DNA from: Bacteroidota bacterium
GTDB taxonomy: Bacteria > Bacteroidota > Bacteroidia > NS11-12g > UBA955
Direction of reading: 5' to 3'
Assembly (NCBI GenBank): GCA_030830065.1
Contig: JAURNR010000013.1
Coordinates: 791 to 64,790 of the forward strand
Length of the DNA stretch: 64,000 nt
How positions within the stretch are numbered: position 1 is the stretch's first letter; every line of letters begins with the position of its first letter. Shown here in pieces: positions 54,142-64,000 of this stretch. The translations under genes were made by a program, and so were the position numbers. The notes below the pieces were generated by a model. That model had not been told where the DNA came from, did not search any database, and worked only from the letters and a program-made list of their open reading frames with translations.

Positions 54142-55443
54142 ATGAAAAAATTAATTTTCTTATCTCTGGGTATCTTAATTTCATTTGCATCAACTCGTGC
54201 TCAAGTAACAACAGACACGGTGAGCATGGGACCGGGTTATGCAAACCAAGTATTTTTTGACTTTAACACGATGGAAGAAACAAAAACTAGTCTAAACAAT
54301 TGGCATATTGCGCATACAACCGTAACGCGTGATAATTGTATTAGATTCAACCATGGAGCTGGGGTATTCGTATATCTTTATCCTTATGGTGATAACTCTG
54401 CATACTCAAATTTCGATACTTCGGGTTGGGAATCATGGACACAACCGTACAATGACAATCATACTCATGAGAAAGGTGCAATTAATCAACAATATGATGC
54501 AGGAAATATGTGGGACTTTTCTTGGGGGGTATATAATTCTAGCACTCATAAGGTAGAAGGTGATTCACTCTATTTAATCGTTGTTAACAATGGCGGTACG
54601 CAAACCTTATTTAAGTTCATGCCTATTTCACAAGAGGCCAATGGCGATTTGATTTTCAAATACGAACCAATAAATGAAAATTCAGCTAGCGAATCGACAA
54701 TATCACAAAGTTCCGCAAATGGGGGGACATACAAATATTTCAATCTTGCCACAGGGAATCAGATTCAAATTGAGCCCGCAAATGCCGAATGGCAGCTGTC
54801 ATTTACTCGCTATTATGCTCCAACATTGTATATGGGGCAATATGTGCCTTACCTTACAATGGGTATAGAATCTAAACGAGGTATACGTACTGCTAGATAT
54901 TCAGATCTTGCATGGAGTGATTTAATTGCAAACGGGGAATATTATATTAATGATGCTTTAGATACTAATGTTATTGCTTCTGGAGCAGGTTTCCAAAATG
55001 ACTTGACGGGTATAGGCTCCGACTGGAAATCCTTCAATGGGCAATCATTCGTCTGCTTGGACAGCCATGTTTATATTGTTGAAGTAACTAACACAACAGG
55101 AGCTGATTATTATGCTTTGCGTATGATTGAATTCGGGGGAATGTCAAATGGTAATACTGTTTTACAGTACTCTAAAATCGGTGCACAAAATAATGTAAAA
55201 TCAAAAAGTGTCCTATCATTTAATTTATATCCCAATCCTTCTTCTGATCTAATTCATTTATCACTAGATGGCAACGAAAATTTGGAAGTAGTCATTTTAG
55301 ATGCTATGGGAAGGGTTGTTCATAAGACTTCTTCCAATATGTCAACTGTCACCATAAAGACTGATAATTTAACTGCTGGCCAGTATTGGGTAAAAGTAAA
55401 CCAAAACGGGAAAACGTACAACGCTACATTCATAAAGAACTAA
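54142..55443 (+). CDS. HmuY-like protein with T9SS type A C-terminal domain
   Basis: 433 aa with signal peptide MKKLIFLSLGILISFASTRAQ. YANQVFFDF...NNWHIAH and AEWQLSFTRYYAP resemble the paired W-D/H-I-A and W-.-L-.-F-T-.-Y motifs of HmuY-family proteins. The C-terminus FNLYPNPSSDLIHLSL...YWVKV is a type A sorting domain. Confidence 0.6.
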   Translation: MKKLIFLSLGILISFASTRAQVTTDTVSMGPGYANQVFFDFNTMEETKTSLNNWHIAHTTVTRDNCIRFNHGAGVFVYLYPYGDNSAYSNFDTSGWESWTQPYNDNHTHEKGAINQQYDAGNMWDFSWGVYNSSTHKVEGDSLYLIVVNNGGTQTLFKFMPISQEANGDLIFKYEPINENSASESTISQSSANGGTYKYFNLATGNQIQIEPANAEWQLSFTRYYAPTLYMGQYVPYLTMGIESKRGIRTARYSDLAWSDLIANGEYYINDALDTNVIASGAGFQNDLTGIGSDWKSFNGQSFVCLDSHVYIVEVTNTTGADYYALRMIEFGGMSNGNTVLQYSKIGAQNNVKSKSVLSFNLYPNPSSDLIHLSLDGNENLEVVILDAMGRVVHKTSSNMSTVTIKTDNLTAGQYWVKVNQNGKTYNATFIKN

Positions 55444-55452
55444 ATTTTCATT

Positions 55453-57711
55453 TTGCTCCTTCGTTTAATCCAATTGGTTAACAAGCAAAATTTTACGCTA
55501 GTCTGTGTACTTACAGTATTTAATATTTTAAGTGCGCAGAGACTTGTCGTAGTTTCAGACAATACCTTCAATCAGCCCCTTCCTGGCATTGAATTGGATT
55601 GTAATTCTACTACTTTCATCACAAATGAATTAGGACAAATACGTGTATCAGATAAAAACAATCTTAATTTCAATATAGACTCCTCTATTGGAGTAATTGT
55701 TGAGACCAAAAACTTCAAAGCTGACACCAGCCTAATCTACCTTAAATTAAAAGGATATGTGAGTGAAATTAATCCTGTGACTGTTACCACCTCTTCAAGA
55801 CCGCGATTGGCAACAGATGAAACTTATTCTCTTCGGGTTATTTCTTCAAAAACAATCAAACAAATGGGTGCTCAAACAATTGCTGATGTTATACAAAACC
55901 AAACTTCAATTATCCTAAATAATGATGCCTCGCTTGGAACTTCGATGCAGTTGCAAGGAATGGGTGGACAAAATGTAAAAATACTTATTAACGGAGTTCC
56001 TATTATCGGTCGTTTGAATGGAAATATTGATATTTCACAAATACCTATCAATGAAATAGAGAAAATAGAAATAATTGAAGGTCCAATGAGTGTTGTATAC
56101 GGAACTGATGCAATCGGTGGTGTTATAAACATTATAACTAGTAATCCATATACAATAAATGATCGATTAACAATTAATTCATACTCTGATAGCCGTAAGA
56201 ATTATAATTTTGATTTTGGTGGTAATAAAGTTTTAAGTTTAACTCCGGAATATCAAATCAACATGAATTTGTCTGGTGGCCGACAATTCTTTGAGGGATT
56301 TGACTTTAATCCAACCACCAGAAGTGTTGACTGGAAACCAAAAATCAAATACTTCGGGAAAACCGGGTTAAGCTTAAGTGGTTCGAAATTTCGGCAAAAT
56401 CTAACCTTTCAATATTTCCAAGAGAAGCTCACAGACAGAAGTAATGCTGAGTATAATTTGATTAGTGTGAATGGTTACAACAATTATTTTAGAACCTACA
56501 GAGCAGATATTGCTGCAATTACACTATACAGTCCAACTCAGTTCGATGATCTTCGTTTCCAGAATGCCTATAATTATTTTTTAAGAAGGAAAATGAATGT
56601 TCGCCGTAACCTCGTCACAGGGAACGAAATTATCACCCGTCCATCCGATCAAGACACAACAATTAACACACAAATAAATCTCCGTGGGCTTTGGGAACAT
56701 AGAACTAGAAATAAGAATTTTCAAAGTTTAGTAGGATATGAATTCACTAGTGAATCATTGTCAACATTGAGAATAAACGGAAATAATCAAATCAATGATT
56801 TTGCTATCTTCACATCAATAGAATATGTTCCAATAATTGGATTAAAAATAAAGCCTTCAATTAGGGTTGCATACAACAATGCTTTTGGAGAAAACCCATT
56901 CCCAAATATTCTGGGAAATAAGTTTAAAATTATTCCTGCTGTACCATCACTGCAGTTTAAATATGATCTTTCTAAACATTTAGTAATTCGTGGTTCCTTT
57001 GCAAAGGGCTTTAGAGCGCCAACTGCTAAGGAATTATACTTTTTATTTGTTGACATTAATCACAATGTTCAAGGTAATCCAAACTTATTACCAGAACGCT
57101 CTGATAATTGGGTGGCTTCTGTCGATTACAGACACAGAATAAGTAACAATATTCAAGCAAAATTTAAAGTAAACTTCTTCTATAATGAGGTAAACAACCA
57201 AATTCAATTAAGTTTGGTTAATGCCAATACTAACTTATATCGATACATTAATATTGGCAAAATGCATACACAAGGTGGTTCGTTGAATACGGATTTATTC
57301 ATTAATCAATTGAAGGTAACATTAGGAGGAAGTATTATTCAAAATGAGTCTAATATTTCTGATAATATTTCAGAAATTACAAGGTGGACTGTGAAACAAG
57401 CAAATCTGAATCTGAACTATACCATAAAAAAGCACAACATAGGCATCCACTATTTCAGTAGATTCACAGGTAAAACAGTTGGATTTACTTCGAGTGTTTC
57501 TCCGTATGAAATTCCAGGATTTACTTTAAGTGATTTATCTTTAAGTAAAAATTGGAAGAAATTAAGAATTCAAGGAGGGGCAAAAAATATATTTAATATT
57601 ACCCAAGTTGGTAATATTGTTCAAACAGGAGGAGTACATGGTTCATCTAATGCTGGTTTAAATATTGGCATGGGTAGAACAATTTTTATTCAATGTAATA
57701 TAAATTTGTAG
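55453..57711 (+). CDS. TonB-dependent receptor (carboxypeptidase-regulatory-like N-terminus, plug, beta-barrel)
   Basis: 752 aa with a TTG start. Plug motifs (IKQMGAQTIADVIQN, LQGMGGQNVKILINGVPIIGR, IEIIEGPMSVVYGTDAIGGVINIIT). The barrel has FRAPTAKELY and a terminal aromatic-rich strand. Confidence 0.85.
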   Translation: MLLRLIQLVNKQNFTLVCVLTVFNILSAQRLVVVSDNTFNQPLPGIELDCNSTTFITNELGQIRVSDKNNLNFNIDSSIGVIVETKNFKADTSLIYLKLKGYVSEINPVTVTTSSRPRLATDETYSLRVISSKTIKQMGAQTIADVIQNQTSIILNNDASLGTSMQLQGMGGQNVKILINGVPIIGRLNGNIDISQIPINEIEKIEIIEGPMSVVYGTDAIGGVINIITSNPYTINDRLTINSYSDSRKNYNFDFGGNKVLSLTPEYQINMNLSGGRQFFEGFDFNPTTRSVDWKPKIKYFGKTGLSLSGSKFRQNLTFQYFQEKLTDRSNAEYNLISVNGYNNYFRTYRADIAAITLYSPTQFDDLRFQNAYNYFLRRKMNVRRNLVTGNEIITRPSDQDTTINTQINLRGLWEHRTRNKNFQSLVGYEFTSESLSTLRINGNNQINDFAIFTSIEYVPIIGLKIKPSIRVAYNNAFGENPFPNILGNKFKIIPAVPSLQFKYDLSKHLVIRGSFAKGFRAPTAKELYFLFVDINHNVQGNPNLLPERSDNWVASVDYRHRISNNIQAKFKVNFFYNEVNNQIQLSLVNANTNLYRYINIGKMHTQGGSLNTDLFINQLKVTLGGSIIQNESNISDNISEITRWTVKQANLNLNYTIKKHNIGIHYFSRFTGKTVGFTSSVSPYEIPGFTLSDLSLSKNWKKLRIQGGAKNIFNITQVGNIVQTGGVHGSSNAGLNIGMGRTIFIQCNINL

Positions 57712-57715
57712 AGAA

Positions 57716-58741
57716 TTGAGACGGATACAATTTTTTGGAGGATTATTGATAGCACTTACAGTGCTGACGAGTTGTGAGAAGGAAGAACCCTTATATCCAC
57801 AACCAAAAGTTGCGGCGGGTATCCAAACCCAAATCTTCGAAATGGGTGAAACCTATGAAAATCAATTATTCTTTGATTTTGAATCACAGCAAACTTATAC
57901 TTCCAAATTTGGGCTTTGGGATATTGGAGTAGCCTGTCAAGGAGAACCGCATTTTATAATTTGTAGTGGAAAAAACTCTGAATTTAGTGCAGCTATGATT
58001 GAGGATGTTTCTTTTGAGAATTTACATACGATTGATTTAAATACCTTAGATTGGGAGTTTGACCATCCCAGTGGTAATAAAGATTCTCTCGCATTCAATG
58101 GCTGTTTTGTCAAAAATTCAAATGGATACTCTGGTTTATTAAACCGCAGTTATATACTTAATTTAGGCGATAAAGACCTACTAGACCAACAATACATTAA
58201 AATAAAACCAATATCAGCAGTTGGTGGTGTTTATGAATTCTTATGGGGATATTTGGCAGATTCAAGCTCTACCTATTTGACTCGAATTTTTACAAAACCC
58301 GTTCAAAACTATGCTTATTACTCATTTATCAATAAGAATTTAATAAATAATGAGCCCGTTGAAAATGATAAATGGGACATCGTGTTTACAACTTATAAGG
58401 AAATGATTCCCGATGTTGATGGGACTATTTACCCATACATAATCAGAGGAGTATTATCAAATTCTAATAAGGTTAAAGTAACACAGATAAATAACGGTAC
58501 AAGTTTTGACGAAATGTCAATTTCAATTGCTGTAGGTTTGAATTACAACGACAATTTGGATGTTATTGGTTACGACTGGAAGGAATACAGCCAATCGGCA
58601 GGTAAATACACCATTGTTCCAAATCAATACTACGTTATAAAAACTACAAACAATAATTACTTTAAAATGCGTTTTGTAGATTTTTACGACGACCAAGGTA
58701 GAAAAGGTTATCCTAAAATGGCTTGGGAATTAATGAAATAA
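57716..58741 (+). CDS. HmuY-like lipoprotein
   Basis: 341 aa. TTG start (no in-frame ATG nearby) and lipobox LTVLTSC. YENQLFFDFESQ...GLWDIGV and DKWDIVFTTYKE fit the HmuY-family pattern. Confidence 0.6.
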   Translation: MRRIQFFGGLLIALTVLTSCEKEEPLYPQPKVAAGIQTQIFEMGETYENQLFFDFESQQTYTSKFGLWDIGVACQGEPHFIICSGKNSEFSAAMIEDVSFENLHTIDLNTLDWEFDHPSGNKDSLAFNGCFVKNSNGYSGLLNRSYILNLGDKDLLDQQYIKIKPISAVGGVYEFLWGYLADSSSTYLTRIFTKPVQNYAYYSFINKNLINNEPVENDKWDIVFTTYKEMIPDVDGTIYPYIIRGVLSNSNKVKVTQINNGTSFDEMSISIAVGLNYNDNLDVIGYDWKEYSQSAGKYTIVPNQYYVIKTTNNNYFKMRFVDFYDDQGRKGYPKMAWELMK

Positions 58742-58743
58742 AT

Positions 58744-59844
58744 ATGAAAAAAGTTCTCTTATTTACTGGCTTATCTGTTGTGTTTGGGCTATCTGCACAA
58801 AATGACAACAAAGAACATTCTCGCGGTCATTCCGGCCACCACCATACAACCCAAAAAGAGAATATTCCAGAGCCACACTTGAAAAATTTAAAACAGCTGA
58901 CCTTTGGAGGCGATAATGCAGAAGCCTATTTCAGCTTTGATAACAATTCGATTGTATTTCAGTCAAATAACAAAGCATGGGGATTGGAATGTGATCAGAT
59001 ATTCTGGACCCCTTTAAATAAACTAGGTGATAAAGATTACAAGCCAGCTTTGGTCAGTACAGGTTTAGGAAGAACTACTTGTTCATATTTTCTGCCTGGT
59101 GACTCTTTAATGCTGTATGCGAGTACCCACTTAGGAGCAAAGGAATGCCCTCCGGTTCCTGAAACCAAAGGTGCTTATTTATGGCCTATTTATGAGGATT
59201 TCGACATTTTCGTAGCTGATAAAAATGGGAATATTGTTAATAAATTAACTACTGAAACTGGCTATGATGCTGAAGCAACTGTATCACCTGATGGGAAATC
59301 AATTGTTTTCACTTCTACACGCAGCGGAGATTTAGAATTATGGATTATGGATATTGACGGATCAAACCCGAGACAAATTACTAGTGGGCTTGGCTATGAC
59401 GGTGGTGCTTTCTTTTCTCCGGACAGTAAAAAATTGGTTTTTAGAGCTTCTCGCCCGAAAACAGTTGAAGATATTGAGAAATATAAAAGTTATTTAAGCC
59501 AGAATTTGGTTGCACCGACTAATATGGAAATTTACACCGTTAACGTGGACGGTTCAGATTTGAAACAAGTAACAAATTTAGGAAAAGCCAATTGGGCCCC
59601 ATTTTACCATCCATCGGGCAATAAAATCATCTTTTCGAGTAATCACCATAGTGATAGAGGGTATGATTTCCAATTATATATGATTAATGAAGATGGAACG
59701 GGGTTAGAGAAAATAACCTATAACAGTATGTTCAACGCGTTTCCCATGTTTTCTCCCGACGGGAAAAAATTAATTTTTAGTTCTAATCGAAACAATGGCG
59801 GAACTAGAGATACAAACCTGTTCATAGCCGATTGGACTGATTAG
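58744..59844 (+). CDS. PD40 / TolB-like beta-propeller protein with N-terminal His-rich tract
   Basis: The ATG at 58744 gives signal peptide MKKVLLFTGLSVVFGLSAQ, followed by HSRGHSGHHH. PD40 repeats follow (SPDGKSIVFTSTRSGDLELWIMDIDGSN, SPDSKKLVFRASR, SPDGKKLIFSSNR). Confidence 0.75.
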   Translation: MKKVLLFTGLSVVFGLSAQNDNKEHSRGHSGHHHTTQKENIPEPHLKNLKQLTFGGDNAEAYFSFDNNSIVFQSNNKAWGLECDQIFWTPLNKLGDKDYKPALVSTGLGRTTCSYFLPGDSLMLYASTHLGAKECPPVPETKGAYLWPIYEDFDIFVADKNGNIVNKLTTETGYDAEATVSPDGKSIVFTSTRSGDLELWIMDIDGSNPRQITSGLGYDGGAFFSPDSKKLVFRASRPKTVEDIEKYKSYLSQNLVAPTNMEIYTVNVDGSDLKQVTNLGKANWAPFYHPSGNKIIFSSNHHSDRGYDFQLYMINEDGTGLEKITYNSMFNAFPMFSPDGKKLIFSSNRNNGGTRDTNLFIADWTD

Positions 59845-59861
59845 GAAGATAGAAAGTTATT

Positions 59862-60500
59862 ATGGATTGTACAACCGAAGGAATTATTCTAAAAAAGATT
59901 CCGCATACAGACAATTCTTCGGTAGTACATATTTATACGCGAGAATTTGGACTTTTATCATTTCTAGTTCAAGGAAAAAACTTAACTCAGAAAAAAGCAG
60001 CCTACTTTCAAATTGGGAATCTTGTTGATTTGTCGTTCAACAAAAAAGAGTCTGGCCTACAAAGAATCAAGGAAATTGGGCTAACTAAAGGGGCGAGTAT
60101 CCTCATTGATTTTCATATCACTCAGCTGATTCAGTTCTTCTCAGAAATAACCTCTAATTGTATTGTAGATGCGTATCCAGAGCCAGAACTGTTTGACTTT
60201 CTCAAATATCATTGGACTGAATCCTCCAACCACATACCATTAGCATGGAAACCATCAGCATTTGTGTTTGGATTGACACAAATTTTAGGTTATAATTTGG
60301 AATATGCTCATACGGTAAAAAACAACGAGGAATTAAAATCAATTCTACAAGATCTTGATGAATCAAAATACCCTCAAGTCAAATCTCCCGAAAGGAGGGC
60401 CGTATTGAATTATTTATTATTTAACCTTGAAACCCAGGTATTTCCCGGTAAGAAAATAAAAACTCTAGAGGTTATAGATAGCCTTTATGGTAATATTTAG
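59862..60500 (+). CDS. recO: DNA repair protein RecO
   Basis: 212 aa. The N-terminal OB region [34 protein letters not shown] is typical of RecO, and the length fits the short Bacteroidota form. Confidence 0.8.
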   Translation: MDCTTEGIILKKIPHTDNSSVVHIYTREFGLLSFLVQGKNLTQKKAAYFQIGNLVDLSFNKKESGLQRIKEIGLTKGASILIDFHITQLIQFFSEITSNCIVDAYPEPELFDFLKYHWTESSNHIPLAWKPSAFVFGLTQILGYNLEYAHTVKNNEELKSILQDLDESKYPQVKSPERRAVLNYLLFNLETQVFPGKKIKTLEVIDSLYGNI

Positions 60501-61510
60501 GAAACCACAGCTTCTTCGTTTAGCAATGATACAGCCAAATCAACCATTTCTGTGGAACCAATAAATAATGGAATCCGTTGATGCAATTCTGTTGGTTGTA
60601 TATCCAAAACACGCGTATCGCCAGTAGACGCCTTTCCACCAGCCTGTTCCATCAAAAAGGACATTGGATTGCATTCGTACATCAATCTCAACTTGCCTTG
60701 AGGCGTTTTTTGCGTTGGAGGATATATAAAGATACCACCTTTTAATAAGTTTCGGTGAAAATCGGCAATCAAGCTACCTATATATCTAGCCGAATAAGGT
60801 CTATTTGTTTCTTTATCTTTCGCTTTACAATATTCTAAATAGTTTTTAACGCCCGCAGGGAAATCAGAATAATTACCTTCATTTATTGAAAATATCATTC
60901 CTTTTGGGGGAATTTGTATATCTGGGTGTGATAGACAAAATTCTTGAATATTATCATCCAACGTGAAACCATTAACCCCTAACCCAGTTGTATAAACCAA
61001 CATCGTACTACTGCCATAAATAATATATCCCGCCGCTACTTGGTGCTTTCCTTTTTGCAGGCAGTCTTCTGTTTTAGCCAATTTAGAAGCACTAGGTCTT
61101 CTGTAAATCGAAAATATACTACCAATACTTGCGTTTACATCAATATTACTACTTCCATCCAATGGATCTATTGCTACAATATATTTTTCCTCCTCCGCTC
61201 CCTCAAGAAATATTGGCTCCTCATTCTCCTCAGAGATAATTATACTCACTTCACCACTTTTCGCAAGCGCCGCAACAAATACATCATTCGCAATAACATC
61301 TAACTTTTTCTGCTCCTCACCATGCGTATTTGATGTACCCTGGTTCCCAAGAATATCTACTAAACCCGCCTTTCGAACATCTCTATTTACAACTTTTGCC
61401 GCTAACTCTATAGATCGAAAAATTCTACTTAAAGACCCATCTGCATCCTTGTAAAGTGACTGTTGGTCGACAATATATTGTTCTAATGTAATGATTTGTG
61501 AATAGGGCAT
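60497..61510 (-). CDS. fbp: class 1 fructose-1,6-bisphosphatase
   Basis: 337 aa. [41 protein letters not shown] and [10 protein letters not shown]. Confidence 0.95.
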   Translation of the reverse strand: MPYSQIITLEQYIVDQQSLYKDADGSLSRIFRSIELAAKVVNRDVRKAGLVDILGNQGTSNTHGEEQKKLDVIANDVFVAALAKSGEVSIIISEENEEPIFLEGAEEEKYIVAIDPLDGSSNIDVNASIGSIFSIYRRPSASKLAKTEDCLQKGKHQVAAGYIIYGSSTMLVYTTGLGVNGFTLDDNIQEFCLSHPDIQIPPKGMIFSINEGNYSDFPAGVKNYLEYCKAKDKETNRPYSARYIGSLIADFHRNLLKGGIFIYPPTQKTPQGKLRLMYECNPMSFLMEQAGGKASTGDTRVLDIQPTELHQRIPLFIGSTEMVDLAVSLLNEEAVVS

Positions 61511-61586
61511 CAGTTATTCTCAATAATGTATTTATTTTGCAAAAAAAGTGAAAAAAGCTTGATTTTCCTTACTATTCAATAATACG

Positions 61587-62852
61587 ATGAAAATATATAA
61601 ATTCGGTGGAGCATCTGTAAAAAATGCTGAAGGTGTAAAAAATGTTGCTCAGATAATTTCTCGGGATGCTGAATCTTCGTCAATTCTGGTGGTTATCAGT
61701 GCAATGGGAAAATCTACAAATGCGCTCGAAAAAATTATCAATGCATATTTTCATGGTAATGCTGAACTCACCGAACTTATTCAAGAATTCAAATCATTTC
61801 ATGAAGAGATAATAAAAGATTTATTTCAAGAAAATACTCCCATTTGGATGAATGAGGTTTATAACTTGATGTTAGAATTAGAATGTTTACTTGATAACGA
61901 AAATTTACATGAAGACTTTGATTTTATTTACGACCAAATCGTAGTTTTTGGTGAGTTAATAAGCACACGAATTGTTAGCGGGTACCTATTAAAACAAGGA
62001 ATAATAAACCAATGGATTGATTCAAGAAACTTTATTTCAACAGACAGCAGACACCGAGACGCTCGCGTACAATGGGAAGATACAGAAAGGATTGTAAAAA
62101 ATAGGCTCCTACCATTATCACAAAAAAAACTAATTATAGCACAAGGTTTTATTGGTAAAGGGGAAAAAGGAGAAAGTACTACTTTAGGACGTGAAGGGAG
62201 TGACTATTCTGCGGCTATTTTTGGGAAATTACTAAATGCAGAAAGTGTTACAATTTGGAAAGATGTTCCTGGGGTAATGAACGCAGACCCAAAGAAATTT
62301 CAAAACACAAAATTGATTGATAATTTATCTTTTAATGATGCCATAGAACTTGCATATTACGGTGCTTCGGTTATTCATCCAAAAACAATACAACCATTAA
62401 AGGCTTCGAATATACCGTTAAATGTTAGATCGTTTTTAGATACAGAAGCTCTAGGAACTTGCGTTTCAGATAATTTTAGTTCTTCTGAAATAACGTCCAA
62501 AATACATAAGGACAAACAAATTTTATTGGAGATTTCTACTAGAGACTACACTTTCATTGCCGAGGATAGTCTAAGCTTTATATTAAGCACTTTGCTTGAA
62601 AATAAAGTAAGAATGAATATTATGCAAAACTCAGCTATTCAATTCAATTGCGTTATTGATGATCGTGAAAATCAGCATCAGAGACTTATCAAAACATTAA
62701 AAGAACATTTTAATGTTGAGGTAAAAACTGGCCTGCAATTAGTAACTCTTTATGGAAAAGGCAATGAAACTGACAAAAAGGAAATAAGCGCCATGGGTGA
62801 AATACTTCTAGAACAAAATATTGGGAAAGTTACCCACCATTTGATGAGGTAA
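61587..62852 (+). CDS. lysC: aspartate kinase
   Basis: 421 aa. MKIYKFGGASV, VVISAMGKSTN, LGREGSDYSAA and two C-terminal ACT-like regions. Confidence 0.85.
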   Translation: MKIYKFGGASVKNAEGVKNVAQIISRDAESSSILVVISAMGKSTNALEKIINAYFHGNAELTELIQEFKSFHEEIIKDLFQENTPIWMNEVYNLMLELECLLDNENLHEDFDFIYDQIVVFGELISTRIVSGYLLKQGIINQWIDSRNFISTDSRHRDARVQWEDTERIVKNRLLPLSQKKLIIAQGFIGKGEKGESTTLGREGSDYSAAIFGKLLNAESVTIWKDVPGVMNADPKKFQNTKLIDNLSFNDAIELAYYGASVIHPKTIQPLKASNIPLNVRSFLDTEALGTCVSDNFSSSEITSKIHKDKQILLEISTRDYTFIAEDSLSFILSTLLENKVRMNIMQNSAIQFNCVIDDRENQHQRLIKTLKEHFNVEVKTGLQLVTLYGKGNETDKKEISAMGEILLEQNIGKVTHHLMR

Positions 62853-64000
62853 TTATTTTAATTTAAGCTTCTGTCCCACCCAAATACTATTATTTTCTAG
62901 TCCGTTCAAAGATTTCATCTCATCAACACTAACACCGTATTTTATACTTAGAGCGTATAATGTTTCTCCCGGTTTCACGTAATGAATACTTGGTTTTTGG
63001 CTTATTGCCGAAGACTCAGCTTCTAAAGATGGTATTAACGAAATAACCTGATCGGCTAATAACTGACCACCATTTTGCAATTGGGGATTTGCAGAAATTA
63101 TTGTTTGTGCAGCGATTCCGTAATTACGAGCAATTGAAAAAATGGTTTCTCCTTTTATAACTGTATGAGTACGTGGTTTTAACTCTTGATCATCACTTAC
63201 GGCTGACCTTACTTCAGATGAAGACTTTACGCCAGGAGCCAAAATTAAAATCTGTCCCTCCTTTACCTCTGCAAACTCCATGTCATTCCAACGAACAATA
63301 TTTAATACACTGATGTTGAACTTATTCGCAATGGACTCTATTGTTTCATTCTTTTGAACTTCATAGGTATTAGAATCTAACTTCTTTTCAATTTGGAAAA
63401 TCTTTTTAACGTTGGACATAGGGACATCGCCAATAACAATTTTTGGGGGTGTTTTCCTCCTTTCCTGCAGATTAATTTCCTCGCCAACAGCTGGCTCTTG
63501 GCCATCTTTTAGTTTGTTTAGCTTTCTTAGAGATTTTAGTTTTACAGCGTGCATCTGAGATATATCATGTAAAGTTTCACCTCTCTTAATAATATGAGTC
63601 TTTTCTATTCCTTTATTCCTTTTCGGCTTCAGGTATAATATTTCTCCGGGGTTTATCAGATTTTTACCTTCCAAATCATTGTATTTGCATAATCTCCATC
63701 GCGCTAAATCATTTTCCTTTGCCAAATCTTCGACATTATCCCCGGCTCTTGCTGCTACTGCAGGTAGACCATTTACATTAATTACCTTTCCAGGGCCATT
63801 AGTCAAATACTCATTCCCAAGCACCACAATGCTATCGTAGAGACTTAATCTATACTTTTCGATTACCCTAATCAATATATTACCATAGGCTGGATTTGTT
63901 GCATACCCAGCTTTTCTTAAGCCATGAGCCCAATTTTCATAATCTGTTGGAGGGAGTTCAAATAATGATGCATATCGTCTACTGTTCTTCAAAAATAATG
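62853..64000 (-). CDS. LysM-repeat peptidoglycan-binding protein with N-terminal glucosaminidase-like domain (5' end beyond the right edge of the window)
   Basis: At least four clear LysM units (HIIKRGETLHDIS, YEVQKNETIESIA, HTVIKGETIFSIA, HYVKPGETLYALS). The N-terminal visible part, WAHGLRKAGYATNPAYGNILIRVIEKY, is the end of a mannosyl-glycoprotein endo-beta-N-acetylglucosaminidase-type domain. The frame appears to continue beyond the track's internal ATG at 63992, but I did not translate the last 8 nt. Confidence 0.85.
   Translation of the reverse strand, partial: LFLKNSRRYASLFELPPTDYENWAHGLRKAGYATNPAYGNILIRVIEKYRLSLYDSIVVLGNEYLTNGPGKVINVNGLPAVAARAGDNVEDLAKENDLARWRLCKYNDLEGKNLINPGEILYLKPKRNKGIEKTHIIKRGETLHDISQMHAVKLKSLRKLNKLKDGQEPAVGEEINLQERRKTPPKIVIGDVPMSNVKKIFQIEKKLDSNTYEVQKNETIESIANKFNISVLNIVRWNDMEFAEVKEGQILILAPGVKSSSEVRSAVSDDQELKPRTHTVIKGETIFSIARNYGIAAQTIISANPQLQNGGQLLADQVISLIPSLEAESSAISQKPSIHYVKPGETLYALSIKYGVSVDEMKSLNGLENNSIWVGQKLKLK

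Noticed and set aside
1-64000. I looked for CRISPR arrays, tRNA/rRNA genes, transposases, integrases, prophage genes, toxin-antitoxin pairs and known defence-system genes.
   Set aside because: No non-coding gap exceeds ~183 nt, and by eye I saw no direct-repeat/spacer periodicity. I found no T-arm/acceptor-like GC-rich stems; the only GGGTTCGA-like string, near 32117, lacks the rest of a tRNA. No ORF shows recombinase, reverse-transcriptase, nuclease-NTPase or similar signatures. A computational scan (tRNAscan-SE, Infernal, CRISPR finders, DefenseFinder/PADLOC) would be needed for certainty.

Overview
This is a 64-kb, AT-rich segment (roughly one-third G+C by eye, not computed) that is almost entirely coding. 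It reads as ordinary core chromosome of a Bacteroidota bacterium, probably Flavobacteriales-like; the taxon is inference only. Phylum-level evidence seen in the sequence: (1) several proteins end in type A (..YPNP..) or type B (..TPNGDG..N..) type IX secretion (T9SS) C-terminal domains; (2) a PorP/SprF-like gene sits next to a giant type B adhesin; (3) the ftsX-DUF3098-uppP arrangement and other Bacteroidota DUF families are present; (4) TAnnTTTG '-7' promoter boxes recur in the few intergenic gaps. I call 50 protein genes, two of them cut by the window edges: secDF on the left and a LysM/glucosaminidase protein on the right. Housekeeping genes include purL, tsaD, meaB, ychF, glmM, ftcD, queE, folD, mutS2, yggS, dnaN, lgt, mtaB, an hscA-like Hsp70, recO, fbp, aspartate kinase, uppP, ftsX and tamB. 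Envelope and secretion content is heavy: five T9SS cargo proteins, three plug/barrel outer-membrane (OM) proteins and an ECF sigma module. I saw no rRNA, tRNA, CRISPR array, transposase, integrase, prophage or recognisable defence genes. The largest non-coding gaps are only about 183, 156 and 108 nt. I do not see a convincing self-contained novel system. The leads most worth follow-up are: (a) a DUF3127 OB-like protein with an SSB-type DDDLPF tail; (b) an ECF sigma operon whose second gene joins an inner-membrane (IM) anchor to an OM-barrel-like domain and is followed by a T9SS cargo; (c) a dual HmuY-like / TonB-dependent receptor / His-rich PD40 propeller locus; (d) a PolX whose polymerase carboxylates look lost while its PHP nuclease motifs are intact; (e) a PorP/SprF barrel fused to a SPOR-like domain; (f) an orphan HscA-type Hsp70 coupled to a small OM barrel. 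All functional calls come from by-eye motif recognition, since no searches could be run. Hand-counted coordinates of short motifs may be off by 1 nt.
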